Numbered from the stretch's first letter, positions 33,869 through 45,062 are shown. The stretch: DNA of 64,000 bases from an uncultured Chloroflexia bacterium (GCA_963726245.1 CAVSBT010000017.1:128001-192000); one strand, 5' to 3'. Numbers and translations are program-made. The notes: generated by a model from the letters alone, not told the origin.

Positions 33869-35099
33869 TCACACCAGCAGGCTGATGGGGTTCTCCAGGA
33901 AGTTGCGAAGCTCGGCCAGGAAGCGGGCGCCCAGGGCGCCGTCGGTCACCCGGTGATCGGCGGAGAGCGCCACCTTCATCTGCTCCCTCACCACAATCTC
34001 CCCGTCGCGCACGGCGGGCACCTTCCGCACGACGCCCACGCCCAGGATGGCCGTCTGCGGCGGCGGGATGATGGCGATAAGGGTCTCCACTCCGTACATG
34101 CCCAGGTTGCTGACGGTGAACGTGGCGCCGCTGTACTCCTCGGCCTTGAGGACGCCCGAGCGCGCGCGCTCCGCCAGGTCCCGGCTGGCGCGGGCGATGT
34201 CGGCCAGGCTCTTCCGGCCGCAGTCGAGGATGGCGGGCGCGATCAGGCCTTCGTCCAGTGCAATAGCGACGCCGATGTTCAGGGCCTCCTGTGGCTGGAC
34301 CTGGCCGTCGACGAACCAGGAGTTGAAGATCGGGTGGCGTTGCAGAGCCTTGGCCACGGCCTTCACGATCACGTCGTTTACGCTGATGTGGACCTCGCCC
34401 TCGGCGGCGTCGTTGAGCTGCCGGCGCAGGCGCTCGGCCTCCGTCATGTCGATCTCCATGGTCAGGTAGTAGTGGGGGGCCTCGCGCTTGCTCTGTGTCA
34501 TGCGCCGCGCGATGGCCTGGCGCATGCGGCTCATGGCCGGCGGCTGCAGCCGGCGCTGCGAGGGGAGCAGCGGCCGGGGGAGCAGCGGCCGGGGGAGCAG
34601 CCTCTGGCGCCTTCGCCGCCGCCTCGATGTCGCCGCGCAGGATGCGGCCGTCGGGGCCGGTCCCCCGCACGCGCGACAGGTCGACTCCCAGCTCCTCGGC
34701 CAGACGCCGCGCCGCCGGCGAGGCGTGGACGCGGCCGGCCTCGGGTGGCGGCGCCTCGGTGGGTGGACGCTTGGGCGCCGCCGGAGGTGGTGCCGCGGCT
34801 GCGGGGGCTGCCGCGCCCTCGCCCGCCTGCCCGGCGGGCAAGTACCGGGAGATGTCGTCCTCGGGGGCGGCGATGACGGCGATGACCTGGCCCACGGGCA
34901 CGGTCGTCCCTTCGGCCAGCAGGATGCGGCGGAGCACGCCCGACTCGTACGCCTCGATCTCCACGTTCGCCTTGTCGGTCTCGATCTCAGCGATGATCTC
35001 GCCCCGCTCGACTGCGTCGCCCTCCTTCTTGAGCCAGCGCAGGATCGTGCCCTCCTGCATGTCGGCGCCCATCTGAGGCATCACCACTTCGCTGATCAT
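33869..35099 (-). CDS. pdhC: pyruvate dehydrogenase E2 dihydrolipoamide acetyltransferase (indel near 34540)
   Basis: Lipoyl EIETDKAN, E3-binding ASPAARRLAEELGVDL...GTGPDGRI, catalytic TFTVSNLG and LSADHRVTDG. Confidence 0.93.
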
Positions 35100-36084
35100 G
35101 GCGCCCTCCTACGATCATCCCCTTCACGGCCTGCGACGATCTGCTCTTCTGAGGGCAGGGCGGCCGTCTCCAGGCGCTTGTTGTAGGGCATGGGCACGTC
35201 GGCGCCGCAGACGCGGGCCACCGGCGCGTCCAGGTAGTCGAAGGCGCGCTCCTGGATGAGGCTGGAGATCTCGCCCGCGAAGCCGCCCGTGCGCCAGTCG
35301 TCCTCCACCACCACCGCGCGGCTCGTCTTCTTGACCGACTCGACGACGGTGTCGATGTCCAGCGGCCGCAGCGTGCGCAGGTCGATGACCTCCGCCTCCA
35401 GCCCCTTCTCGGCCAGCATGGCGGCGGCCCGCAGCGACTGGTGGACGCTCCCCGAGTAGCCGACGATGGTCACGTCGCGCCCCTGGCGGCGGACGTTGGC
35501 CTGCCCGAAGGGGACGTGGTAGTCGTCCTCCGGCACCTCGCCTTTCATGGCGTAGAGGGCGGTGTGCTCGATGAAGATGACGGGGTTTTCGTCGCGGAGG
35601 GCGGTCTTCAGGAGACCCTTGGCGTCGTAGGGGGTAGCGGGCACGACCACCTTGAGGCCGGGGACGTGGGCGTACCAGCCCTCCAGGCTGTGCGAGTGCT
35701 GGGCGCTGAGCTGGCTGCCGCCGCCGCTGGCCATGCGAACCACCAGCGGCACGTTTATCTGGCCGTCCCGACATGTAGTGGAGCTTGGAGGCGTTGTTGA
35801 TGATCTGGTCGATGGCGAGGAAGCTGAAGTTGATGGTCATCAGCTCCACGATGGGCCTCAGCCCGCCCATGGCCGCGCCGATGCCGGCGCCGACGACCAC
35901 CGACTCCGAGATGGGCGTATCGCGCACGCGCTCGGGCCCGAACTCCTCCAGCAGGCCCGCGGGTGACGCCGTAGGAGCCGCCGTAGGCGCCGATGTCCTC
36001 GCCCATGAGGATGACGCGCTCGTCGCTCAGCAGCGCCTCGCGGATGGTCTGGCGCAACGCTTCTCGAAAGGTGATCTCAGCCAT
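35096..36084 (-). CDS. pdhB: pyruvate dehydrogenase E1 beta subunit (indels)
   Basis: [53 protein letters not shown]. Confidence 0.93.
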
Positions 36085-36086
36085 CG

Positions 36087-37095
36087 CTAGGAGGAACTCC
36101 CCTCCTTGTAGACGTGCTCGTACAGCGCCTCCGGTGGCGGCTCCGGGCTCTCATCGGCGAAGCGCACGGCCTCGTTGACTGCTGACTCGACGCCGTCCTC
36201 CAGAGACCGGGCCTCCTTCTCCGTGATGAGCCCCTTCTCCTCCAGGTAGCGACGAAAGCGGAGGATGGGGTCCTGGGCCTTCCAGCGCTCCACCTCCGCC
36301 TTGTCCCGGTAGAACTCCGGGTCGGCCATCGAGTGGCCGCGGAAGCGGTAGGTGATCGCTTCCAGGAAGTAGGGGCCGTTGCCGCCGCGGGCTGACTCGA
36401 CGGCGCGGCGCGCGGCCTCGCGCACGGCCAGCACGTCCATGCCGTCCACGCGCTCGGCGGGGATGTTGTAGGCGCAGGCGCGCTTGTAGACCTCCGGCTC
36501 GGCGGAGACGCGGCGCACGTCGGTGCCCATGCCGTAGAGGTTGTTCTCGCAGAGGAAGACGACGGGCAGCTTCCAGACCGACGGCCAGGTTCAGCGACTC
36601 GTGGAACTCGCCCTGGTTGACGGCGCCGTCGCCGAGGATGTTGAGGACGATGCGGCCGTTCTTCAGGTGCGAGGACGCCAGGGCCAGGCCCACCGCCAGC
36701 GGCATGTGCCCGCCGACGATGGCGTAGCCGCCCATGAAGCCGCGCTTCACGTCGAAGAGGTGCATGGAGCCGCCGCGGCCGCCGCTCACGCCGGTCGCGC
36801 GCCGAACAGCTCGGCCATGATGCGGCCCGGCTCGACGCCGCGGGCCAGGGCGTGGCCGTGCTCCCGGTAGTGGCTGACGACGTAGTCGCTGGGGCCGAGG
36901 GCGGAGATGGCGCCCACCGCCACGGCCTCCTGGCCGATGTAGAGGTGCAGGAAGCCCCCGATCTTGCTGCGGGCGTACATCTCCGCCGCCTTCTCCTCGA
37001 AGCGGCGGATGAGCATCATCTGGCGCAGCAGGTCGATGAGTTGCCCTTTGTCGGGCTGCGTCCTTCGCGGTGCGATTACGTGCTCGAGTGGCCAT
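36087..37095 (-). CDS. pdhA: pyruvate dehydrogenase E1 alpha subunit (indels)
   Basis: [40 protein letters not shown]. Confidence 0.93.
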
Positions 37096-37105
37096 ATCCT
37101 CGGTC

Positions 37106-37165
37106 GTAGGGGCGTCCCTCCGTGGTCGCCCAGCCGTAGGGGCAGGGACGGGGCCCTGCCCCTAC
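37106..37165. repeat. GTAG-type REP doublet
   Basis: GTAGGGGCGTCCCTCCGTGGTCGCCC...GGGCAGGGACGGGGCCCTGCCCCTAC; the same two units recur at 46489-46553 and 60940-60998. Confidence 0.8.
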
Positions 37166-38570
37166 GGCTGGCGCTCCTCCCTCCAGAAGTGGATGGCCTG
37201 CCCGTAGGCGCCCAGGGCCGCCTCTTTGAAGGCCTCCGAGAGCGTAGGGTGGGCGTGGACCGTCAGGCCTACCTCGCGGGCCGTGGCCTCCATGAGGGTG
37301 CCGAGGGAGGCCTCGGCCAGGAGCTCCGTCACCTCCGGCCCGACCATGTGGCAGCCCAGCAGGTCGCCCCCGTCGGCATCGACCACCAGCTTGATCACGC
37401 CCTCGGTCTGGCCCAGGGCGGTCGCCTTGGCGTTAGCGCGGAAGGGGAAGCGGCCTATCTTGACCGAGCGGCCCTGCTCGCGGGCCTGGGCCTCCGTCAG
37501 GCCGATGCTGGCCACCTGGGGCTGGCAGAAGGTGGCGCGAGGCATCTTGACGTAATCCAGAGCCGGCGGGTCCTGCCCGGCGATGCCCTCGACGGCGGCG
37601 ACGCCTTGCGCCGACGCCACGTGAGCCAGCATCAGCTTGCCCGTGACGTCGCCGATGGCGTACACGCCGGGGACGCTGGTCTGCATCCGCTCGTCGATCT
37701 GGACGAAGCCCTTTTCCAGCGCGATGCCCAGCTTGTCGAGGCCCAGGGCCTCTGTGCTGGCGGCCATGCCGACGGCCATCAGCACGCGGCTCGGCGCGCA
37801 GCTCCTCCTCGCGGCCGCCGGCGCTGACCTGGACGGCGGCGCCGGCCCTTGCCCAACTGCACGCCCTGCACGCGGGCCGAGGTCAGGCTGCGGATGCCCT
37901 GCTGCTCGAAGGCGCGCGCCAGCCGCTGGCTGATCTCCTCGTCCTCGGTGGGCAGCAGGCGGTCCAGCATCTCGACAATGGTGACCTGGCTGCCGTAGGC
38001 GCGGTAGAGGTAGGCGAACTCCGCTCCCACGGGCCCGCCGCCGACGATGACGATGGACTCCGGCGCCTCTTTCAGTTCCAGGGCCTCGCGGCTGGTGATG
38101 ACAACCTTGCCGTCGATGTCGACGCCCGGGATGCTGCGGGCGTGGGCGCCGGTGGCGACGATGACGTGGTCGGCCTCGACCGACGCCGCCGGCGAGGCGA
38201 TCACCTCGACCTCGTGGGGGCTCTGGAGGCGGCCGGCGCCGCTGATCACGTCCACCTTGTTGCGCTTCAGGAGGAATTCCACCCCCTTCACTGTGCGCTC
38301 CACCACCTGCCGGCTGCGCTCGACGGCCTTGCTCAGGTCGAAGCGCAGGTCGCCGGTGGTGACGCCGAACTCGTCGGCGCGCTGGAAGAGGTGGATGACT
38401 TCGGCGTTCCAGAGGAGGGCCTTGCTGGGGACGCAGCCCCAGTTCAGGCAGAGCCCGCCGACGCGGTCCTTCTCGATGAGGGCCGTCTTCAGGCCCAGCT
38501 GGGCGGCGCGGATGGCGGCCACGTAGCCGCCGGGCCCCGCCCCGATGATAGCCAGGTCGTACTTGGCCAT
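37162..38570 (-). CDS. lpdA: dihydrolipoyl dehydrogenase (indels near 37800)
   Basis: [46 protein letters not shown]. Confidence 0.95.
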
Positions 38571-38591
38571 GGTGACCGTCCTCGAACTCCT

Positions 38592-39545
38592 CTAGCCGCC
38601 GCCCTCGAGGGTCGGCTGCACGGGTATCGTCTCTACCAGCGGCGGAGGCTCGCGGCCCGCCTCGCGCAGCATCAGGCCGACCTGCTGGTGGGCGTGGTAG
38701 GAGCTCCGCACCAGCGGGCCGGCCTCCACGTGCTGGAAGCCCAGCCGGCGCCCTTCGTCCGCGATCTCGGCGAACTCCTCCGGCGGCACGAAGCGCTCCA
38801 CCGGCAGGTGCTTCTGAGACGGTCGCAGGTACTGCCCGATGGTGACGACGTCGCAGCCCGCGCTGCGCAGGTCTGCCAGGACCTCCCTCACCTCTTCCCG
38901 CGTCTCGCCCAGGCCAAGCATCATGCCGGACTTGCTGAGCATCGAGGCGTCCATCTCCTTGACCGCGGCCAGCAGAGCTAGGGAGCGCTCGTAGCGGGCC
39001 TTGGGACGCACGCGCCGGTAGAGGCGCGGCACGGTCTCGACGTTGTGGTTGAGCACGAAGGGCCTCGCCTCCACCACCGCGGCCAGCGCCTCGCGGTCGC
39101 CCAGGAAGTCGGGGATCAGCACCTCCACGCGGCAGTCGGGCCGGCGGGCGCGGATGGCGCGGATGCAGGCGGCGAACATGCCCGCGCCGCCATCCGGCAG
39201 GTCGTCCCGGTTCACGGAGGTGATGACCACGTAGTCCAGCCCCAGCACGTCGACGGTGCGGGCGAGGCGGTGCGGCTCCAGGAGGTCGAGGCCCTGGGGC
39301 CGCCCGGAGGTGACGGCGCAGAAGCCGCAGCTTCGGGTGCAGGTGTCGCCCAGGATCATGAAGGTGGCGGTGCCGTGGTTGAAGCACTCGCCGATGTTGG
39401 GGCAGCGGGCCTCCTCGCAGACCGTGTGCAGTTCGCGGCTGCGCAGCAGGCCCTTGATCTCGCCGTAGCGCTCGCCGGCGGGGAAGCGCACCTTGAGCCA
39501 GGGCGGAAGCCGGCGGCCGTTGTTGGCGGGGGACATCGTCTCCAT
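38592..39545 (-). CDS. lipA: lipoyl synthase
   Basis: TVCEEARCPNIGEC, CTRSCGFC, NHNVETV, GQYLRP, GPLVRSSYHA. Confidence 0.97.
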   Translation of the reverse strand: METMSPANNGRRLPPWLKVRFPAGERYGEIKGLLRSRELHTVCEEARCPNIGECFNHGTATFMILGDTCTRSCGFCAVTSGRPQGLDLLEPHRLARTVDVLGLDYVVITSVNRDDLPDGGAGMFAACIRAIRARRPDCRVEVLIPDFLGDREALAAVVEARPFVLNHNVETVPRLYRRVRPKARYERSLALLAAVKEMDASMLSKSGMMLGLGETREEVREVLADLRSAGCDVVTIGQYLRPSQKHLPVERFVPPEEFAEIADEGRRLGFQHVEAGPLVRSSYHAHQQVGLMLREAGREPPPLVETIPVQPTLEGGG

Positions 39546-40255
39546 CAGGCTCCTCCAGACGCGACGGTGGCCTCATCGCGGGCGGGCAGTCCGTCCTTCG
39601 CCTCGACCATCTCCAGGCCGAAGACGCGCCCCAGGCTGTCGATGACCAGCTCCTCCACGTCCGGCAGGGGGACCGGGCGACCCACGAGGCGCTCGACGGA
39701 GGTGACGCCGGCGTCGACAAGGCCGCAGGGCACGATGTGCGCGAAGTAGGAGAGGTCGGGGCTCACGTTCAGGGCGAAGCCGTGGCTGGTGACGCCCCGC
39801 GAGACGCGCACGCCGATGGCCGCTACCTTGGCGGCGCCCACCCAGACGCCGGGCCGGCCCTCGACGCGGCCGGCGGCGATGCCCAAAGCGGCCAGCGTGT
39901 CGATAAGGGCCTCCTCTAGCCTGCGCACGTACCAGCTCGGGCCTTCGCGCCAGTCGTTGAGCCGGAAGATGGGGTAGCCCACGATCTGCCCCGGCCCATG
40001 GAAGGTGACGTCGCCGCCGCGGTCAACGCGATGTACCTGCGCCCCAAGCCGGGTCAGCGCCTCCTCGGAGGCGAGAAGGTGTTCGGACTTGCCGCGCACG
40101 CCCAGGGTGTAGGTGGGAGGATGCTGGAGAAGAATGAGCACGTGCGAAGAGCGGCCGTCGCCCACGGCGTCGACCGCCTGCCGCTGCATCTCCCAGCCCT
40201 CCGCGTAATCGGTGAGGCCGCGGCGAAACACCAGGCACTGCCTGAAAGGGGACAT
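39545..40255 (-). CDS. lipB: octanoyltransferase
   Basis: HPPTYTLG, DRGGDVTFHGPGQIVGYPI, KVAAIG, TSHGFALNV, IVPCGL. Confidence 0.96.
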   Translation of the reverse strand: MSPFRQCLVFRRGLTDYAEGWEMQRQAVDAVGDGRSSHVLILLQHPPTYTLGVRGKSEHLLASEEALTRLGAQVHRVDRGGDVTFHGPGQIVGYPIFRLNDWREGPSWYVRRLEEALIDTLAALGIAAGRVEGRPGVWVGAAKVAAIGVRVSRGVTSHGFALNVSPDLSYFAHIVPCGLVDAGVTSVERLVGRPVPLPDVEELVIDSLGRVFGLEMVEAKDGLPARDEATVASGGA

Positions 40256-40339
40256 TCCCACCAAGAAATGATAGCACACCGCAGGTCCGGGCCGGACAGG
40301 GTGGGTCAAGATCAGAGGACGAAGATCGGTCTGGAAGGA

Positions 40340-40534
40340 GTCTTGCCGCCGGGCGGGGTCGGCGGCAAGACGGCGGGCCAGGAGGGCTCCAGGGGCCCCT
40401 CCCGGCCCGCTACGCCGGGGGCCCAGTGAAAACGTCAGAGATTCCTATGGCTGCGGCGGGGACCACTCTCATAGACCGGTTGGGTTCTCTGACGCCGACC
40501 CACTGAGCTCCGCGGCCAGGCGGGCCAGGAGGGG
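40340..40534 (-). ncRNA. candidate structured RNA of unassigned family (long irregular hairpin, duplicated arm, second hairpin)
   Basis: Nested complementary blocks CCCCTCCCGGCCCGC/GCGGGCCAGGAGGGG, CAGTG/CACTG, CGTCAGAGA/TCTCTGACG, CTATG/CATAG across 40396-40534; perfect 12-bp stem at 40340-40371. Confidence 0.5.
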
Positions 40535-40747
40535 GCGGCGAGACCTAAACCCCTTAGGCCTCTTTTCCCCTTGCTGATAGTGAATGATGCCGCCAGCGGC
40601 GTTCGCGAACAATTAGGGAATACCCTGATTCTTGGCAGGCAGCGGCGAAAGGGGCGCCGGTGGCTGGTGCACGGGGGCTCGCCGACGACCAGTCTGGCGC
40701 GCTATACTGCCCACCAAGAAACCCTCGTGGCGGGCAAGGAGAGTGGC

Positions 40748-41569
40748 ATGACATCGCGAGGGGACAGGGAGCAACTGCAGAACAGGCCGATAGGGATATT
40801 CGACTCCGGCGTCGGCGGGCTCACCGTCTGGCGGGCCGTACGCCGTCTGCTGCCCCGCGAGAGCCTCATCTTCCTGGCCGACGTTGCCCACGTCCCCTAC
40901 GGCGAGAAGACGGCCGAGGAGCTGCGTCGCCTCGCCGCCGACATCGTACGCTTCTTCCTCCGTCAGAACGTCAAGATGGTGGTGGTGGCCTGCAACACAG
41001 CGACCGTCTACACCATCGACTACCTGCGACAGCAGTTCCCCGATGTGCCGTTCGTGGGGGTTGTGCCGGTGGTCAAGACGCTGGCCCGTCTCACCCACAG
41101 CAAGCGCATCGCCGTCCTCTCGACGCCCGCCACGTCGCGCAGCGCCTATTTGGAGCAGCTCATCGAGGAGTTCGCACCGGACCTGGAGGTCACCAACGTG
41201 GGCTGCGACGGCCTCGAAGACCTAATCGAAAGCGGCACCATCCGCGGCCGCAAGGTCACGGATCTGCTGCGGCGCCACCTGGCCCCGGTCATGGCCGCCC
41301 AGCCCGACGTGGTGGGCCTGGGCTGCACCCACTATCCCTTCCTGCGGGCCCGCATCAAGAAGATCCTGGGACCGGAAGTGCGCGTCTACGACCCCTCCAG
41401 GCCGGTGGCGCGCAGGGTCCGCCAGCTACTCACCGCGTCCTCCCAGCTTGCCACGCAGGAGGAGCCGGCCTTCCGCTTCTACACGACGGGCGACGCCGAA
41501 CGCTTCGCAGCCGTCGCCAGCAAGCTGCTGCGCCTCCCGGTCCGCGAGGCGGGCCACATCGACCTGTGA
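40748..41569 (+). CDS. murI: glutamate racemase
   Basis: IGIFDSGVGGLTV, PYGEK, VVACNTAT, LGCTHYP; AAGGAG before ATG 40748. Confidence 0.96.
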   Translation: MTSRGDREQLQNRPIGIFDSGVGGLTVWRAVRRLLPRESLIFLADVAHVPYGEKTAEELRRLAADIVRFFLRQNVKMVVVACNTATVYTIDYLRQQFPDVPFVGVVPVVKTLARLTHSKRIAVLSTPATSRSAYLEQLIEEFAPDLEVTNVGCDGLEDLIESGTIRGRKVTDLLRRHLAPVMAAQPDVVGLGCTHYPFLRARIKKILGPEVRVYDPSRPVARRVRQLLTASSQLATQEEPAFRFYTTGDAERFAAVASKLLRLPVREAGHIDL

Positions 41570-41576
41570 TGCGGCC

Positions 41577-41696
41577 GTAAGGACGAACCTTCAGGTTCGT
41601 CCGCTCTTGCACCGCAGAGGGCACCGCCTCGTAGCTGCAGGGCTTCAGCCCTGCCAGAGAGCAGTCCCGAGGGCAGACCTGAAGGTCTGCAGCTAC
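41577..41696. repeat. REP/REPIN-like composite
   Basis: GGACGAACC-ttca-GGTTCGTCC, then GTAGCTGCAGGGCTTCAGCCCTGC...GCAGACCTGAAGGTCTGCAGCTAC; degenerate inverted copy near 52335-52385. Confidence 0.75.
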
Positions 41697-41737
41697 GGTG
41701 GTGGATCGCAGAGTCATCTCCCGGCCGCAAGCGGGCG

Positions 41738-42769
41738 CTACGGCACCACCACCAGCTTCCCGAAGAAGTCGCTGGAGGCCATGGTCTCGAAGGCGCGGCG
41801 TGCCTCCGAGAGGGGGAAGGTGCGCGCCACGCTGGTTCGCAGCTCGCCCCTCTCCAGGAGCCGCAGCACGTCCAGCACGTCGGCCTTCGTACCCATCGTG
41901 GAGCCCAGGATGGAGAGCTGGCGGGTGAAGAGCTGCCCCATGTGCAGCTCGACGCGGTGGCCGCTGCTGACGCCGCAGTTCACCAGCCGCCCGCCGACAG
42001 CCAGTGAGGCGAAGTTCCTCTCCCACACCGAGGCCCCGATGTGGTCGACGATCACGTCTACGCCGCGCCCTCCGGTCAGCGCCAGGACGCGCTGCGAGAA
42101 GTCCTCGGTCTGGTAGTTGATGGCCTGCTCGGCGCCCAGTTCTCGGGCGAGCGCCAGCTTCTCGTCGCTGCCGGCGGTGGCGAAGACGCGCGCTCCCAGG
42201 CGGCGTGCGATCTGGATGGCGGCGCTGCCGACGCCGCTGCCGGCCGCCATCACGAGCACGTCCTCGCCGGGCTGGAGGCGGGCGCGGCCCACCAGCATGT
42301 GCCAGGCCGTCACGAAGGTCGTGGGCACGCTGGCCCCTTCCTCGAACGACAGGTTCGCGGGCAGGGGATAGACGTTGTCTATGGGAACCCGGGCCAGCTC
42401 GGCCAGGCCCCCGTCCGACGAGAGGCCGATGATCCAGGCCCGCACGCACTGGTTGTCGCGGCCCCGCCGGCAGGGCTCGCACCGGCCGCAGGACACGTGC
42501 GGGTAGACCAGCACGCGGTCGCCGGGCTGGAAGGCGTCGCCGGCGTCCTCACCGAGCGCGGCCACCTCTCCCGCGAAGTCGCGGCCCAGGATGTGCGGGC
42601 ACTGGAGCCGCACCCCCTTCCGGCCCATGACTGCGAAGAGGTCCACGCGATTGAGGGAGCAGGCCCTCACCCTGATCAGCGCCTCGCGACGGTCGGGCGT
42701 GGGGTCGGGCCTATCGCCGTAGTGCAGATGGTCCAGGCTGCCCTGCTCGACAAGGAACGCTGCCTTCAT
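41738..42769 (-). CDS. zinc-binding alcohol dehydrogenase / quinone oxidoreductase family
   Basis: PHILGRDFAG, structural Zn CGRCEPCRRGRDNQC, AAGSGVG, GVDVIVDHIG, FGKLVV. Confidence 0.9.
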   Translation of the reverse strand: MKAAFLVEQGSLDHLHYGDRPDPTPDRREALIRVRACSLNRVDLFAVMGRKGVRLQCPHILGRDFAGEVAALGEDAGDAFQPGDRVLVYPHVSCGRCEPCRRGRDNQCVRAWIIGLSSDGGLAELARVPIDNVYPLPANLSFEEGASVPTTFVTAWHMLVGRARLQPGEDVLVMAAGSGVGSAAIQIARRLGARVFATAGSDEKLALARELGAEQAINYQTEDFSQRVLALTGGRGVDVIVDHIGASVWERNFASLAVGGRLVNCGVSSGHRVELHMGQLFTRQLSILGSTMGTKADVLDVLRLLERGELRTSVARTFPLSEARRAFETMASSDFFGKLVVVP

Positions 42770-42835
42770 CGCTCACGCCTCCACGTGGAAGGCTGAAGCC
42801 TTCCGCTACATCTACGACGGATTCTGGGTGGCGCG

Positions 42836-43528
42836 TCACGTCATGGTGCCGAAGAGGCCGCCCTCGCCTTCCTCGAATCGCCAGGCGTAGGTCTGCTTGA
42901 TGAAGCCCTTGATGACCTTGAGGGTGCCCAGCGGCGCCTCGGCGATGGTGCCGGCTACTGCCAGAGCCGCGTCGAGCAACCGGTCGGGCGGCACCACCTG
43001 GCTCACCAGCCCGATGCGCAGCGCCTCCTGCGCGTCGATGCGCCGGCCCGTGAGACAGAGGTCGCGGGCCAGGCCACCGCCGATGATGTCCTTCAGCGGG
43101 CCATAGAGTGCGGGCGCGCCGAACTTAATCTCGGGGTGAGCGAAGGCGGCGTTCTCGGCGGCGATGCGCACGTCGCAGAGAACAGCCAGGTCCATGCCGC
43201 CGCCCAGGGCGGGGCCGTTCACGGCCGCCACCAGCGGCTTGGGGAAGTCGGCCAGCCGCCGGTGGTAGCGGTCCGAGGACTCCTCGACCGCCTTCATCTG
43301 GTCTGGCTCGCGGACGGCGAACTCGGAGGTGTCGAAACCGGCGCAGAAGGCGGGCCCCTGGGCGGCGATGACCAACACGCTCACCTCGTCGTCCGCCTCC
43401 AGCTCGCCAAGACAGCGGTCGATCTCGTTGCGCAGGGCGATGGAGAGGGCGTTGCGTTTCTCGGGCCGGTTGAGGGTGACCAGCGCCACCTTGTCTTTTT
43501 TCTCGACGAGCAGGAACTGGTAGCTCAT
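42836..43528 (-). CDS. enoyl-CoA hydratase/isomerase
   Basis: LNRPEKRNAL, FCAGFD, AAVNGPALGGG, HPEIKFG, AQEALRIGLV. Confidence 0.92.
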   Translation of the reverse strand: MSYQFLLVEKKDKVALVTLNRPEKRNALSIALRNEIDRCLGELEADDEVSVLVIAAQGPAFCAGFDTSEFAVREPDQMKAVEESSDRYHRRLADFPKPLVAAVNGPALGGGMDLAVLCDVRIAAENAAFAHPEIKFGAPALYGPLKDIIGGGLARDLCLTGRRIDAQEALRIGLVSQVVPPDRLLDAALAVAGTIAEAPLGTLKVIKGFIKQTYAWRFEEGEGGLFGTMT

Positions 43529-43606
43529 GTCTCCTCCTGCGGGTGCGAACAGTAGTCGTGGGGGCGCCCCTCGCGAGCGCGCTTGCGGGTCAGGGGTGAG
43601 CCCTAC

Positions 43607-44560
43607 CTACTCATACTCCTGCGCCAGCCCGCTGAGCACTTCCTTCGCCTCGCGCATGATGTCCTCTACCACCTGGCCCGCGGGCACGATCTCCTTGATG
43701 AGGCCGGAGCCCTGGCCCGCTGGTGAGAGGCCCCAGTCCATGTCGCCGCCGAGGATGGCGGCGGCCATCTTCTCGCCGGCTACGAAGACCTGCATAGGAA
43801 AGGGTTTGGCCTCGGACTGGCGGTCCTTCCACTCCTCCGTCCAGCGGTTGCGGATGTTGCGCAGGGACTTGCCAGTGTAGGCGCGGGTGACCACCGTATC
43901 GTCGTCGCCGATCTGGACCAGCTTCTGCTTGTAGTTGAGGTGGACCGCGGCCTCGTAGGTGGCGATGAAGCGCGTGCCGATGAGGACGCCGCAGGCGCCC
44001 AAAGCCAGGGCGGCGACGAGGCCGCGGCCGTCGCAGATGCCGCCGGCAGCGACCACCGGGATGGGCTTGACGGCGTCCACGACCTGCGGCACCAGCGCCA
44101 TCGCGGCCACGCGACCGGTGTGGCCGCCGGCCTCGTGACCCTGGGCGACGATGATGTCGACGCCGTCCTCGGCGCAGCGCCGGGCGTGGCGTACGTTCCC
44201 CACGAGGGCCACGATTTTCATTCCCTGCTCGTGCATGCGCTGCACCCAGGGCCCGGGGGTGCCCAGGCCGGACACGAAGACGGGCACCTTCTCCTCGAAG
44301 ATGATGTCCATCAGCTCTTCGGTGTTGGGCAAACCCTCGGCCAGGAGGAGGTCGACGCCGAAGACCTTGCTGGTGCGGCGCTTCGTCTCACGGATCTGGT
44401 CGCGGAAGAGGTCAGCTTCCAGCGCAGCGCCGGCCATGACGCCCAGGCCGCCCGCGTTGGAGACGGCGGCCGCCAGCTCGGCCAGGGCCACGCCGCCCAT
44501 GCCGGCCTGGATGATCGGGTACTCGATGCCCAGCAGCTCGGTCAGTTTGGTCTTGAACAT
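43607..44560 (-). CDS. nitronate monooxygenase / FabK-like FMN oxidoreductase
   Basis: LLGIEYPIIQAGMG, AAVSNAGGLG, QGHEAGGHTG, AAGGICDGRG, GTRF. Confidence 0.9.
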   Translation of the reverse strand: MFKTKLTELLGIEYPIIQAGMGGVALAELAAAVSNAGGLGVMAGAALEADLFRDQIRETKRRTSKVFGVDLLLAEGLPNTEELMDIIFEEKVPVFVSGLGTPGPWVQRMHEQGMKIVALVGNVRHARRCAEDGVDIIVAQGHEAGGHTGRVAAMALVPQVVDAVKPIPVVAAGGICDGRGLVAALALGACGVLIGTRFIATYEAAVHLNYKQKLVQIGDDDTVVTRAYTGKSLRNIRNRWTEEWKDRQSEAKPFPMQVFVAGEKMAAAILGGDMDWGLSPAGQGSGLIKEIVPAGQVVEDIMREAKEVLSGLAQEYE

Positions 44561-44592
44561 GGCCTTCCCTTCCGATGGCGCTGCACCTGTGC

Positions 44593-44966
44593 TCACCGCC
44601 TGTACGCGAACACCGGATCGAGCGCTGAGGCACTGAACGGGGGTGCGGTCGCGGATACGTAGACGAGCGACTTCGTCGCCACTGTTTCTGATCGCATGAC
44701 CCGTCTGCGGCGGCACGAAGACGAGCGTGCCCGCGACTCACCTCTTGCTCCTCGTCTCCCACCTTCATCAGCCCTCGCCCGCGCACGATGACGTACACCT
44801 GCTCGTTCTCGGGATGAGCATGCACCGGCTGCTCGCTGTTCGGCTGGCCCTCCACCCACGTGATCGACAGGTTCTGCGAGCCGAACTGGCCCTTGGTCAG
44901 CAGCAGGTACGAGACCTGCCCGCCGCGTGCGTTCTTAGGGCTGTCTGCCACCGTCTGGGTGTGCAT
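44593..44966 (-). CDS. cupin domain protein (one apparent indel)
   Basis: QPVHAHPENEQVYVIVRGRG, then FVPPQTGHAIRNSG and LVYVSATAPP. Confidence 0.8.
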
Positions 44967-45062
44967 CCTGATCTCCTTAGATGCCGGGCGGCGCGAGCCG
45001 TACAGGGCTCATTTGTCGTTGACAACACATCGGCTTCACGACACGCGGCGGGTGACGATACT

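Noticed and set aside
34555-34605. 15-bp repeats (GGGGAGCAGCGGCC) in pdhC and EAPPA repeats in the rodZ-like gene
   Set aside because: Ordinary Ala/Pro-rich linker coding, not independent elements.
40396-40534. Calling the hairpin 6S RNA, SRP RNA or a retron msr-msd
   Set aside because: No large central bubble, no SRP helix-8 motif and no RT gene; left unassigned pending an Rfam search.
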